This document shows, piece by piece, positions 15,580 to 24,800 of a DNA stretch of 40,595 nt (position 1 is its first letter; each line of letters opens with the position of its first letter). Position numbers and translations under genes: made by a program. The DNA is from a virus (lineage: Duplodnaviria; Caudoviricetes). Below the pieces are notes generated by a model. That model was given only the letters and a program-made list of their open reading frames with translations. It was not told the DNA's origin and did no database searches. The stretch covers positions 1 to 40,595 of the IMG/VR virus record IMGVR_UViG_3300035703_000184; one strand, written 5' to 3'.

Positions 15580-15879
15580 ATGCCCGCGCCCTTGACGACC
15601 CCAGGGTTTTTTAGGTCCACCCCCCGCCCGCCCCCCACTATCATCAAAAATATTTTCACCAGAAAACCAGCTCTGACCAGCACTTTTGTTATACCAAGAA
15701 AAAAAGTTTGATTCGCCCCTTGAAACACGCCGACGCTCTAGACCCCTATATAAGTGTAACGGCTGAGTTCCACGAAGCCGTAAACGCGGGCTTACCGCCC
15801 GCTTTAACTTGGTTAAAAACATATAGTGGGGATACTTCTGTCTATACCCCTGTAGACCCCTACAGCTACTGGAGAAGAC

Positions 15880-17769
15880 TTGGAAAGAAATCTAACCCCC
15901 GAAGAAGCCAGGAAAGAACTAATCAACTTGGTGCGCCAAGGGCGCACTATTGCCGATGCCCTCAAGGTTATTGGTCGTTCTCGTTCTTGGTATGACACCC
16001 AGAGGCGCGAAGCTGAAGGCTTCGCTGCCTATATAGATAACGCTCGGTTAAGAACCTCTGACCTCGCCGATGAAGCTCGGTCTGGTCTATCTGACTTTGC
16101 TGAGTTTTCTGAGAAATACCTGGGAGCCAAAGTTTGGGACCACATGCTTAACGTGGTCGATATGTTGGAAGGTAAGGAACCTCGCTGGTTACACCAAGCG
16201 ATGACTTACGAAAAAGGGTCGGCGGGGTTATCCCGCCTCTTGGTAAATGTTCCACCAAACCATGCCAAGACTATGACCATCACGATTAACTACGTTACTT
16301 ACCGCGTAGTTAAAAATCCCAACATCAATGTGATTGTTATTTCCAAAACCCAAGAGCAGGCTAAGAAGTTTCTTTATGCTATCAAGCAACGCCTGACCCA
16401 TCCTCGGTATGCAGACCTACAAGCAGCCTTTGGTCCTACTGACGGTTACAAAGCTACCGCCGACATGTGGTCGGCTAACAAGATTTATCTGGGAGCGGAT
16501 GTCCGCGAATCAGATGCTAAAGACCCTACCGTAGAAGCTATTGGTATGGGCGGTCAAGTATACGGCGCTCGCGCCGACTTAATCGTACTTGACGACGTGG
16601 TCACTCTCTCTAACGCGGGAGAGTGGGCTAAGCAGCAAGAATGGATTCGACAAGAAGTTGCCTCTCGTCTACCACCAGGCGGGGGTCAGCTTCTTGTTGT
16701 CGGAACTCGCGTATCTGCAACCGACCTATATAAAGAACTTCGCAACACTCAACATTACACGGACGGAATCGTACCGTGGTCATATTTGTCCATGCCTGCC
16801 GTATTAGAATACGCAGACGACCCGAAGGATTGGAAAACCCTTTGGGGCAAGTCAGAACAACCGCTTACTGAGGATGATACCCCAGATGAGAATGGTTATT
16901 TTGACCGATGGACTGGACCGCGTCTTACTGCGGTCCGCAATGAGGCTGGTCCTTCCAAATGGTCTTTGGTTTACCAGAACCTCGATATCGCAGAGAATGC
17001 AATCTTCGACCCGATGTGCGTTAGAGGCGCAGTCAACGGAATGAGAAAATCGGGTGCGTTAGTTGCAGGCGCTGCGGGTCATCCTGAAAATGCACAGAAC
17101 TTCTATCGCATTATTGGTATAGACCCAGCCATGTCTGGTGACACGGCAGCAGTTGCTTACGCAGTCGACCGCAGAACACACAAGCGCTATGTCATGGACG
17201 TTCACGTCATGAGCAGCCCCACACCTGCAGCGATTCGGTCTTTGATTCGAGAATGGACTGATGCTTACAAGCCTCATACTGTCATCGTTGAATCCAACGC
17301 ATTTCAGCTTTTCTTGACCCAGGACGAGGAGATTAGAAACTTCTTGTCTACCCGCGGTATTAACTACCGCCCACACTACACAGGTAATAATAAACAAGAC
17401 CCAGAGTTTGGTGTAGCTTCTCTGGCTCCGTTGTTTGGAACCGTTATTAAACGTGACGGAAACAATAACAACTTAAAGCATGCTGGCGATAACATGATTG
17501 AATTGCCAGACGCTTCACGTAATGAACATATCAAAAAGTTAATAGAGCAACTGGTTGTTTGGCAACCAGGAGTTCAAGGCAAGAGATTAAAGATGGACGC
17601 TGTGATGGCGCTCTGGTTCTGTGAAATCGTAGCCCGTGATGTTTTATTAACTTCAGCAAATGTACCAAACTTTTTGAAAAACGAATTTACACCTCAGAAG
17701 CAAATTGAAGATAGGTACATTGTTAACCTAGATGATTTAGCTGCTGCACAGCGAATAGCGAGATTGTGA
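15880..17769 (+). CDS. terL: Terminase large subunit with N-terminal HTH extension
   Basis: PPNHAKT Walker A, GARADLIVLDD Walker B, VGTR, IIGIDPA nuclease, MDAVMA. Confidence 0.92.
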   Translation: MERNLTPEEARKELINLVRQGRTIADALKVIGRSRSWYDTQRREAEGFAAYIDNARLRTSDLADEARSGLSDFAEFSEKYLGAKVWDHMLNVVDMLEGKEPRWLHQAMTYEKGSAGLSRLLVNVPPNHAKTMTITINYVTYRVVKNPNINVIVISKTQEQAKKFLYAIKQRLTHPRYADLQAAFGPTDGYKATADMWSANKIYLGADVRESDAKDPTVEAIGMGGQVYGARADLIVLDDVVTLSNAGEWAKQQEWIRQEVASRLPPGGGQLLVVGTRVSATDLYKELRNTQHYTDGIVPWSYLSMPAVLEYADDPKDWKTLWGKSEQPLTEDDTPDENGYFDRWTGPRLTAVRNEAGPSKWSLVYQNLDIAENAIFDPMCVRGAVNGMRKSGALVAGAAGHPENAQNFYRIIGIDPAMSGDTAAVAYAVDRRTHKRYVMDVHVMSSPTPAAIRSLIREWTDAYKPHTVIVESNAFQLFLTQDEEIRNFLSTRGINYRPHYTGNNKQDPEFGVASLAPLFGTVIKRDGNNNNLKHAGDNMIELPDASRNEHIKKLIEQLVVWQPGVQGKRLKMDAVMALWFCEIVARDVLLTSANVPNFLKNEFTPQKQIEDRYIVNLDDLAAAQRIARL

Positions 17770-17771
17770 TA

Positions 17772-19535
17772 ATGAAAGAACTTGTACACGCATATGAGCA
17801 ATTAAAAGCTCGTAATGCTGAGCGCGATAAGCGCATGCGCGAAGTCGCCTTGGTCCGTTCAGGTAACGCCGACCAGGTATTTCGTGGTTTGTTCCCAGAG
17901 GGAACATGGTCTAGACCTATCATCGCCAACCTTATTGACGTGGTTGCTCGTGATGTTTCTGAGCAGGCAGGTGTACTACCTACCATAACGGCTGCTGGAG
18001 ATTCATCCCTTGATGATTCACAGCGTACCAAGGCTGATAAGAGAACTAAGATTGCAAACTATTATGTTGCTTCATCTCGTCTTGGAACAGAGCTACTGCG
18101 TGGCGCAGACCAGTTGGGAACATATGGCTTCTGTATTTTCAGAGTCGAACCTAACTTCAAGGAAAAAAGACCGCACATCCATGTAGAAAACTCTATGGGT
18201 GCGTATTACGACATGGACAGGTTCGGGGAAGTATCTGTCTATTGCCGTTCGTATTATCGTAAGGCTGGCGATTTAGCAGCCAAGTTCCCAGAACTAGCAG
18301 ACAGAATTCTGCAGACAAGTGCATTTGGTCGTACCGATGGTAATGAACTTCTAGAAGTTGTACGATGGACTGACAAGAATCGCACCGTAATGTTTATCCC
18401 AAGTCGTGGAGGTGCAGTTCTTGCCGAAACACCAAACAAAATCGGTAGAGTCCCAGTTGCAATTGCTCAGCGTCCTTCGCTTGACGGCGAAGTCCGAGGC
18501 TCATTCGACGACGTACTACCAGTCTATGCAGCAAAGGCGCGTCTTGCGCTTCTTACTATGGAAGCTGTTCAGAAATCTGTTGAAGCTCCTCTTGCTCTGC
18601 CTACTGACGTTACTCAGCTATCCGTTGGTCCTGACTCAGTTATACGTTCTAACTCCCCTGAGAAGATTCGTCGTATTAATCTGGACGTACCTCAGTTCGC
18701 TTTTGCGGAGAACAATGTTCTAGCAGATGAAATGAAACTAGGAACTCGCTTTCCTCAAGCACGTGCGGGACAAGCAGAAGGTTCTATTGTTACTGGTCAA
18801 GGTGTCAAGGCACTTATGGCTGGATTCGATTCACAAATTAAAGTTATTCAATCAATCCTTGGCGAAGCAATTGGCGAAGCTATCTCTATCGCGTTTGCTA
18901 CTGATGAAGCATACTTCCCAACACTATCTCGTGAAGTATCTGCAACAGCCAATGGAGTTCCATACAAGTTAAAGTACAAACCATCAGTCGACATCAACGG
19001 CAATTATGGCGTAACAGTTGAATACGGACTGATGGCAGGTTTAGACCCTAACCGAGCATTGGTATGGGGTCTGCAAGCACGTGGCGATAAACTCATTTCA
19101 CGAGGAATGCTACGTCGTAATTTACCGATTTCGCTCAACGCTGGAGAAGAAGAGCGAGCAATTGACATCGAAGAGATGCGTGATTCATTGAAAGCATCCA
19201 TCTCACAACTTGCTGCTGCGATTCCACAAATGGTTTCGCAAGGACAAGACCCGATGCAGATTGTAGAAAAGATGGCGACAGTTATCGACGAACGCAAGAA
19301 AGGCACACCGCTTGAAGAAGCAGTAGCCAAAGCGTTCAAGCCAGAACCAGCACCACAAGCACCAGAAGCACCACAAGCGCCAGAGATGGCGCAACCAGGA
19401 CAGCCAATGGGTATGGGTGGCGAAATGCCACAGATGCCACAAGGCAGACCAGCAATGCAAGAATTGCTAGCAGGTTTAACTGGTTCAGGCAATCCAGTAC
19501 TCGCAGGTCGAGTAACTCGACAAATACCAGCATAA
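17772..19535 (+). CDS. Portal protein
   Basis: Follows terminase; about 590 aa; Pro/Gln/Met-rich tail. Confidence 0.8.
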   Translation: MKELVHAYEQLKARNAERDKRMREVALVRSGNADQVFRGLFPEGTWSRPIIANLIDVVARDVSEQAGVLPTITAAGDSSLDDSQRTKADKRTKIANYYVASSRLGTELLRGADQLGTYGFCIFRVEPNFKEKRPHIHVENSMGAYYDMDRFGEVSVYCRSYYRKAGDLAAKFPELADRILQTSAFGRTDGNELLEVVRWTDKNRTVMFIPSRGGAVLAETPNKIGRVPVAIAQRPSLDGEVRGSFDDVLPVYAAKARLALLTMEAVQKSVEAPLALPTDVTQLSVGPDSVIRSNSPEKIRRINLDVPQFAFAENNVLADEMKLGTRFPQARAGQAEGSIVTGQGVKALMAGFDSQIKVIQSILGEAIGEAISIAFATDEAYFPTLSREVSATANGVPYKLKYKPSVDINGNYGVTVEYGLMAGLDPNRALVWGLQARGDKLISRGMLRRNLPISLNAGEEERAIDIEEMRDSLKASISQLAAAIPQMVSQGQDPMQIVEKMATVIDERKKGTPLEEAVAKAFKPEPAPQAPEAPQAPEMAQPGQPMGMGGEMPQMPQGRPAMQELLAGLTGSGNPVLAGRVTRQIPA

Positions 19536-19544
19536 GGAGAAAAA

Positions 19545-19694
19545 ATGTTTGGAAAGCAAGGAAAGGCAGCTAAGGCTCCAGTACACCCAGGACACTCAGG
19601 CAAGAAGTCTGGTGGCAAGGGCGTAGGACTCGGACAAGTTGCTAAAGCTCCAGCCCCTAAGGGTATCAAGGGCAACAACAACAAGCTTAAGTAA
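19545..19694 (+). CDS. Small Lys/Gly-rich protein (49 aa), not in the ORF track
   Basis: AAGGAG RBS; MFGKQGKAAKAPVHPGHSGKK... Confidence 0.7.
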   Translation: MFGKQGKAAKAPVHPGHSGKKSGGKGVGLGQVAKAPAPKGIKGNNNKLK

Positions 19695-19702
19695 GGATAA
19701 TC

Positions 19703-21289
19703 ATGGCGAAGAAACCATACAAATATCGCCAAGCCAGAAAAGACGCTAAAGCTGCAGCAAAAAGAGCTTTCCCAGGGAAAGTAAAAGCTGTACGTAAAGA
19801 CATCACAGGCAAAATTACTGCTGAAGATAGACTAGCTCTTAAGGACATGGCTGATACCGCCAAGAAAGAACTTGGCAAGAAGGCTTATCTAAGCAGAGCT
19901 GAATACGATGCTATGCAAAACAGGGAACTTGAGAAGTTCCGTGAGAGCATGCGTGAAGAATTTGGCGAATACGCTGGCAAGAAAGCAGGAGAAGCGGAAG
20001 CACCTGCTAAGAAAGCCCCAGCAAAAAAAGCTGCTGTCAAGAAAGCTGCTGCTGCGCTCGAAAAGAAAGCACCAGTAAAGAAAGCTGCAGTTAAAAAGGC
20101 TGCTGTTAAACCAACTAAGACTTTTGGTGAAATATCCAAGTCAGTTACTGCAGCAAAAGAGCCAGTAAAGAAGGCTGCGCCTTCAAAGACAATGACTCGT
20201 GCAGAGAAGTCTGCTGCTAATAAGGCTGCATGGAAGAATATGACACCTGCAGAACGCAAGAACTGGTCAGCTAATAAGCCTGCTGCTTCTGCTGTTCCAG
20301 CAAAAGATAGCGGTCTACGTAAATCACTAGGAATTTCTACTGATAAGTGGTCCAAGATGACACAAGCTGAAAAAGAAGCTGCTGTCAAAAAGTCCGCTAA
20401 CGCTGCTGGCGCGAAGGAAAGAACAAGAATGGCTGAGGCTGAAGCAAAAGTTAAGGCTCGCCAAGAAGCTCGTGCTGCAACTACAAAGCGTCCAACACTT
20501 GCAGATTTGAAGCGTAATGAAGCAAAAGGTCTTGAGGAGGCTAAGGCACGTGTTGCAGCTAAGAATAAAGCTCTTGCTGATTCTGCTAAAGGTAAAACTC
20601 AAACACCTCAAGCGGTAGAAGCCAAGAAGAAAGCAGCAGCCAAGCCAGAAGGAAAAGCTCCTGCTAAAACTGGTGGCAAGAATGTAAAGCCAAAGTTTAG
20701 AAAGATTAAAGCTGCTGGTAAAGGTGGAGTTTATGGTGCAGTTGCTGGTGAATTAGTTAGCTTAGCTAAGGGTTCAACCAAAAAAGACTTTGATGAGATT
20801 AATCGTCTTGAAAACAAGCTTGCTCAAATTACTGGTAAAGGTAAGAGTAAAGCAACCGCAGGTCGACAAGGAGCACAACAGCAATTATCTCAACTTGCAT
20901 CACTAGCAAGTTTAGGTGTTGTAGGTAAGACTCGTCGTCAACGTATGGACGAACTTAATGCTCTTATTGCAAAGGCTGAAAAAAAGAACAAGCCTAAAGA
21001 ACTTCGTTATGGCAAGGATGGCTCATCACTTGTACCAGGAACTGCAGCATACAAGGCTGGTTCTAAGACAAGACCAACAGTAGCTTCTACTGGCGGTGGC
21101 TCAACTACAAAGGTTAGCGATAAATACACCGTAAAGAAGGGCGATACCTTCTCAGGTATTGCAAAGACTGCAGGATTATCTTTATCAGAACTTCGTGCAG
21201 CAAACCCTGACATTATGAAGAAGAAGAAGTACAAGCAGGGTTCAATGATTTGGTCAGGAACAAAGGTTAATATTCCAAAGAAGAAGTAG
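19703..21289 (+). CDS. Lys/Ala-rich histone-H1-like protein with C-terminal LysM
   Basis: PAKKAPAKKAAVKK repeats; YTVKKGDTFSGIAK...ANP...IWSGTKVNIP. Confidence 0.8.
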   Translation: MAKKPYKYRQARKDAKAAAKRAFPGKVKAVRKDITGKITAEDRLALKDMADTAKKELGKKAYLSRAEYDAMQNRELEKFRESMREEFGEYAGKKAGEAEAPAKKAPAKKAAVKKAAAALEKKAPVKKAAVKKAAVKPTKTFGEISKSVTAAKEPVKKAAPSKTMTRAEKSAANKAAWKNMTPAERKNWSANKPAASAVPAKDSGLRKSLGISTDKWSKMTQAEKEAAVKKSANAAGAKERTRMAEAEAKVKARQEARAATTKRPTLADLKRNEAKGLEEAKARVAAKNKALADSAKGKTQTPQAVEAKKKAAAKPEGKAPAKTGGKNVKPKFRKIKAAGKGGVYGAVAGELVSLAKGSTKKDFDEINRLENKLAQITGKGKSKATAGRQGAQQQLSQLASLASLGVVGKTRRQRMDELNALIAKAEKKNKPKELRYGKDGSSLVPGTAAYKAGSKTRPTVASTGGGSTTKVSDKYTVKKGDTFSGIAKTAGLSLSELRAANPDIMKKKKYKQGSMIWSGTKVNIPKKK

Positions 21290-21297
21290 GTAAGTAA

Positions 21298-21714
21298 ATG
21301 TCAATGATGCAACCTTCGGGTCCAGGTAAGTTCGCTAAGCGAACTGACCGCCAGGGCGCAAAGCAACTTCCTAATGCTGCTTATGGCGAGCAAAAGGAGT
21401 TTCAAGATATGCAAGCTGGTGCTCCAATGGCAAAAACACCTACACCGCAAATGCCACGACTTAATCCAATGGCAGGCGTAGTACCTTTGACAGCGCCCAC
21501 CCAGCGTCCAGATGAACCTGTGACTGCTGGTGTGGACGTTGGTCCTGGTCCTGGTAGAGAAATTTTAGGACTAAAAAGTCCAGTTGATAATCAATTAAAA
21601 GATTTATCAAAGCTAGCTAAATACATGCCATTGATGGCACAGTTTGCGGATTCTCCAGAATCATCTGGAACTATGAAAGCTTTTGTTAAGTATTTACGGA
21701 GTCAAGCAGAATGA
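21298..21714 (+). CDS. Virion-block hypothetical protein
   Basis: SGPGKFAKRTD...YGE...PTQRPDEPVTAG. Confidence 0.75.
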   Translation: MSMMQPSGPGKFAKRTDRQGAKQLPNAAYGEQKEFQDMQAGAPMAKTPTPQMPRLNPMAGVVPLTAPTQRPDEPVTAGVDVGPGPGREILGLKSPVDNQLKDLSKLAKYMPLMAQFADSPESSGTMKAFVKYLRSQAE

Positions 21715-21887
21715 AGATACTCAAGAAGTTCGAAGAGAACCTTGAACATCTTGGATTTGAAATGGCTCCAGTTGCTTGGGATTTAGCCAAGTTCCCCTTT
21801 GAATCCGACGATGACCGAATTTCATTATTAGAGGAACTAACGGCTAAGGAGGCTACACCTAATGTCCCTAACAGAATGGTGGAATGA
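21711..21887 (+). CDS. Small hypothetical protein (58 aa), not in the ORF track
   Basis: ATGA overlap; MKILKKFEENLEHLGF...AWDLAK. Confidence 0.6.
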   Translation: MKILKKFEENLEHLGFEMAPVAWDLAKFPFESDDDRISLLEELTAKEATPNVPNRMVE

Positions 21888-24800
21888 CCCTTCTATAGTC
21901 AAGGACCCTACTCAGGAACCAAAACTTTCTAAGGTCGATAAGTTCAAAAAAGATAATACTAAAGTAGGAAAAGCAGAACAAGCAATTGTCCCTAAGGTAA
22001 TGGGAGCAATTGAAGCAGGGTCAAAGAAACCTATTCTTGGTAGGATTATTAATCCAGCCATGTCAGCACTTAGCTTTGTTGGCGAGAAAGTTGTACAGCC
22101 AGTAACTCAAACTGTTTCTGCTGCATTACTTACACCTCAAGCTATTGCTAAAGGTAAGGGTGGCTTAACTGAAAGCTATCGTTTTTCAAAGAAGCAAGCT
22201 GAAAAGATTTCTATGGGACAGGCAGCAGCTAGCGCTGTTGGTAAAATTACATCTCCTGTTCTTGGCGACGTAACTAATGCTACATTTCTTGATAAAGACT
22301 TTGATGTATTCGATGACCGTCAACGTGATAAAGCATTCCGTGACGAGTGGGCTGGAATCCTAGCCTCTGGCGTTACCGATTTAGCACTTGCTGCTCTTGG
22401 CACTAAGGGTGCTGGTTTTGCCGTTCGTGGTACTGCAAAGAAAGTCGTAGGTCCAAAGCGTCTTGCTACCACAGACGACATGGATGTATTCAGAAGCGAA
22501 CTAGATGAGATTGTTGCACAGAAGGCTTTGCCTGTAGAGCAGCAAACTAAGACTGGTCTATCAGTTCTTGTAGATGACGCAGTTAATGAAACAGATTTAA
22601 CTAAGCTTGCATCAAACCCACTTGTATCTGAAACATCTAATCCATACAGAACCGCGACAATCATGTCGCGTCTAGATAACCACCAAGATGTGGCAGATTA
22701 CTTGCTCGCAGAACGTGGAGATACCGCTGCATTCCAGCGATTCTTTGAACGTAATCCACTTGCAGCAGACCATCTTGATAACTATGGAATTACCGCAACA
22801 GCACCGATTGATAACTTTGCAAACATCGGATTAGATGCACTAGACCCAACTCTTACATCCAGATACCAAAAGATTATTGATGCTGTTAAAGTAGAAGACC
22901 CTAACTTTGCTCGCGCTTTAGATGACTTCATGGAGAAAGCGCAGATGGGTGTTATCGAAAGCTACCGCCCAGGACGCTACGCAGCGCTAGAGCAGATTGG
23001 CTTAGCCAAGAAGAAGATACAGTCACAGGCTTTATACGGCGACCTTAAGATGTTTGGTCAAGATGCCGACGGTGGTTGGAAAACTCAGGTTTACCAAACA
23101 GGTGTCTATGACAGAGCAGTACGCCTTATTGCATGGACTGGCTCAGGTCGTCCACAAGGGTACATTAATATTTCTAACCCACGTAAGTTTGAAGCAGCTA
23201 ACGACCTACTATCTGACCTAAACCGTCTTCAGTTCCTTAAGGGAGTAGAAGGCGCTCAGTACAAGCGTCGCATGGTTGAGATGTTCCTTGATGCACAAAG
23301 CGATACACAACGTGCTATCGCACTTGGTCGTATTGAAGAAAGCGTCATGGGTCGTCTTGCTAAATACTATGGCGTTACAGATATGCAAGATGTTGCCAAC
23401 GTCAAGGACGCTGTCAACCAAATTAAGAACTGGCATATCCGTATGAACCAGAGTCGTGACAGTATCAAAGAGTATGCTGTTAAGAATGGTTTTGTTCCAG
23501 ACGAAAACGGCGGAATCAATGTACAGAACTTCTTGTCTGTATCTAATGAAGCGCAGAATCTTCCGATGCTTGATTTCCGTAGACTTGAAACTGAAGTTAT
23601 CTTCAACGCTCGTCGCGTTGCAGGTAAAGGTGCAAAGGTTACCCAAGGTCAATTTTTAGGTGCTATAGGGTCTAGAACTGCCATGAATGTTGGTCAGTTC
23701 CTTGACTTAGCCAACATGGTATTTAGCAACTTAAACCTGCTTCGTCTTGCATACATACCAAAGAACTCAATGGTAGACCCATTTGCTCGTGCAAGCATGG
23801 CTCTTGAATCAATGGAGCTTGTTAAGAATGCGGTTCCTGGCGTAGACAATATCATCTATAACACTGGTCTTCTAAAAGAATCCGTTAAGAAATGGATACC
23901 AGGCAGCCCTGCTGCCAATGCTCGTAAGCAGGCTAAATCTGCACAGTTCCGTGTGGAAAAGTATCGAGCAGACCTAGAACCTAAGATTACAGCGCATGCC
24001 AAGGCTGAAGCTGCATACGATGACTTAGATAAGTCATTAACAAAACTTACTGCAGCTCGTGATAAAGCAAAAGCCAAAGCAATGAAGAGTAATGACGTTG
24101 AGGTTCAGAACAAGTATTATGAACTTGAGGATAAGGTAACAGAGTTACAGACCAAGGTAGATGACGCATTCGATGAGATGAGTCGCCTTGCTGATTATAT
24201 CAATGGCACTGCCAAGCTTATCCAACGCGAACGCAAGGACTGGACAGAGTTTGCCAATACTCAAGGAGATTTGAAACAAAAGAAACTCCTTGGTCAAGAA
24301 GGCGAAGTTATTGAAGTTAATGGTCAAACATATACACTTCAAGGATTAGCTGACCCTAACGTCCGTGGTGCTGGCGCTTACATGTCAGAGATTGATACCG
24401 CTACAAACTTTTATGCAGCATCAATGCAGTCAGAAATCTCAAGAAGACTTCGTGCAGACGGTGCTCGTTTCGTAAAGATTCCTCGCAAGAACCGTGAAGA
24501 ATACATGAACGCGTTAGCGCATATTGCTAACCGTCAGATTCGTAACGAACTTGAATTGCCAGTCGGATGGATGATGAAGGGCGAAAAATCCAACGCTGAA
24601 ATCGTCGAGTGGCTATATAGCCCAGCAGGTAAGGAATACAGACTTCGTATCGAAGAACGCTTTGGCGATGATATGCAAGCATGGGCAGCGCAGACAAGAG
24701 AAAAACTCTATGCGATGTATCCAGACCCTGACCTTCGTAAGATTATTACAGAACGTCCAGTAACATATCAAGAAGTAGATGCGATGCTATATGGCAGAAC

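Noticed and set aside
15486-15998. ORFs called across the control region
   Set aside because: They run through terminators and homopolymer tracts and lack convincing RBS.
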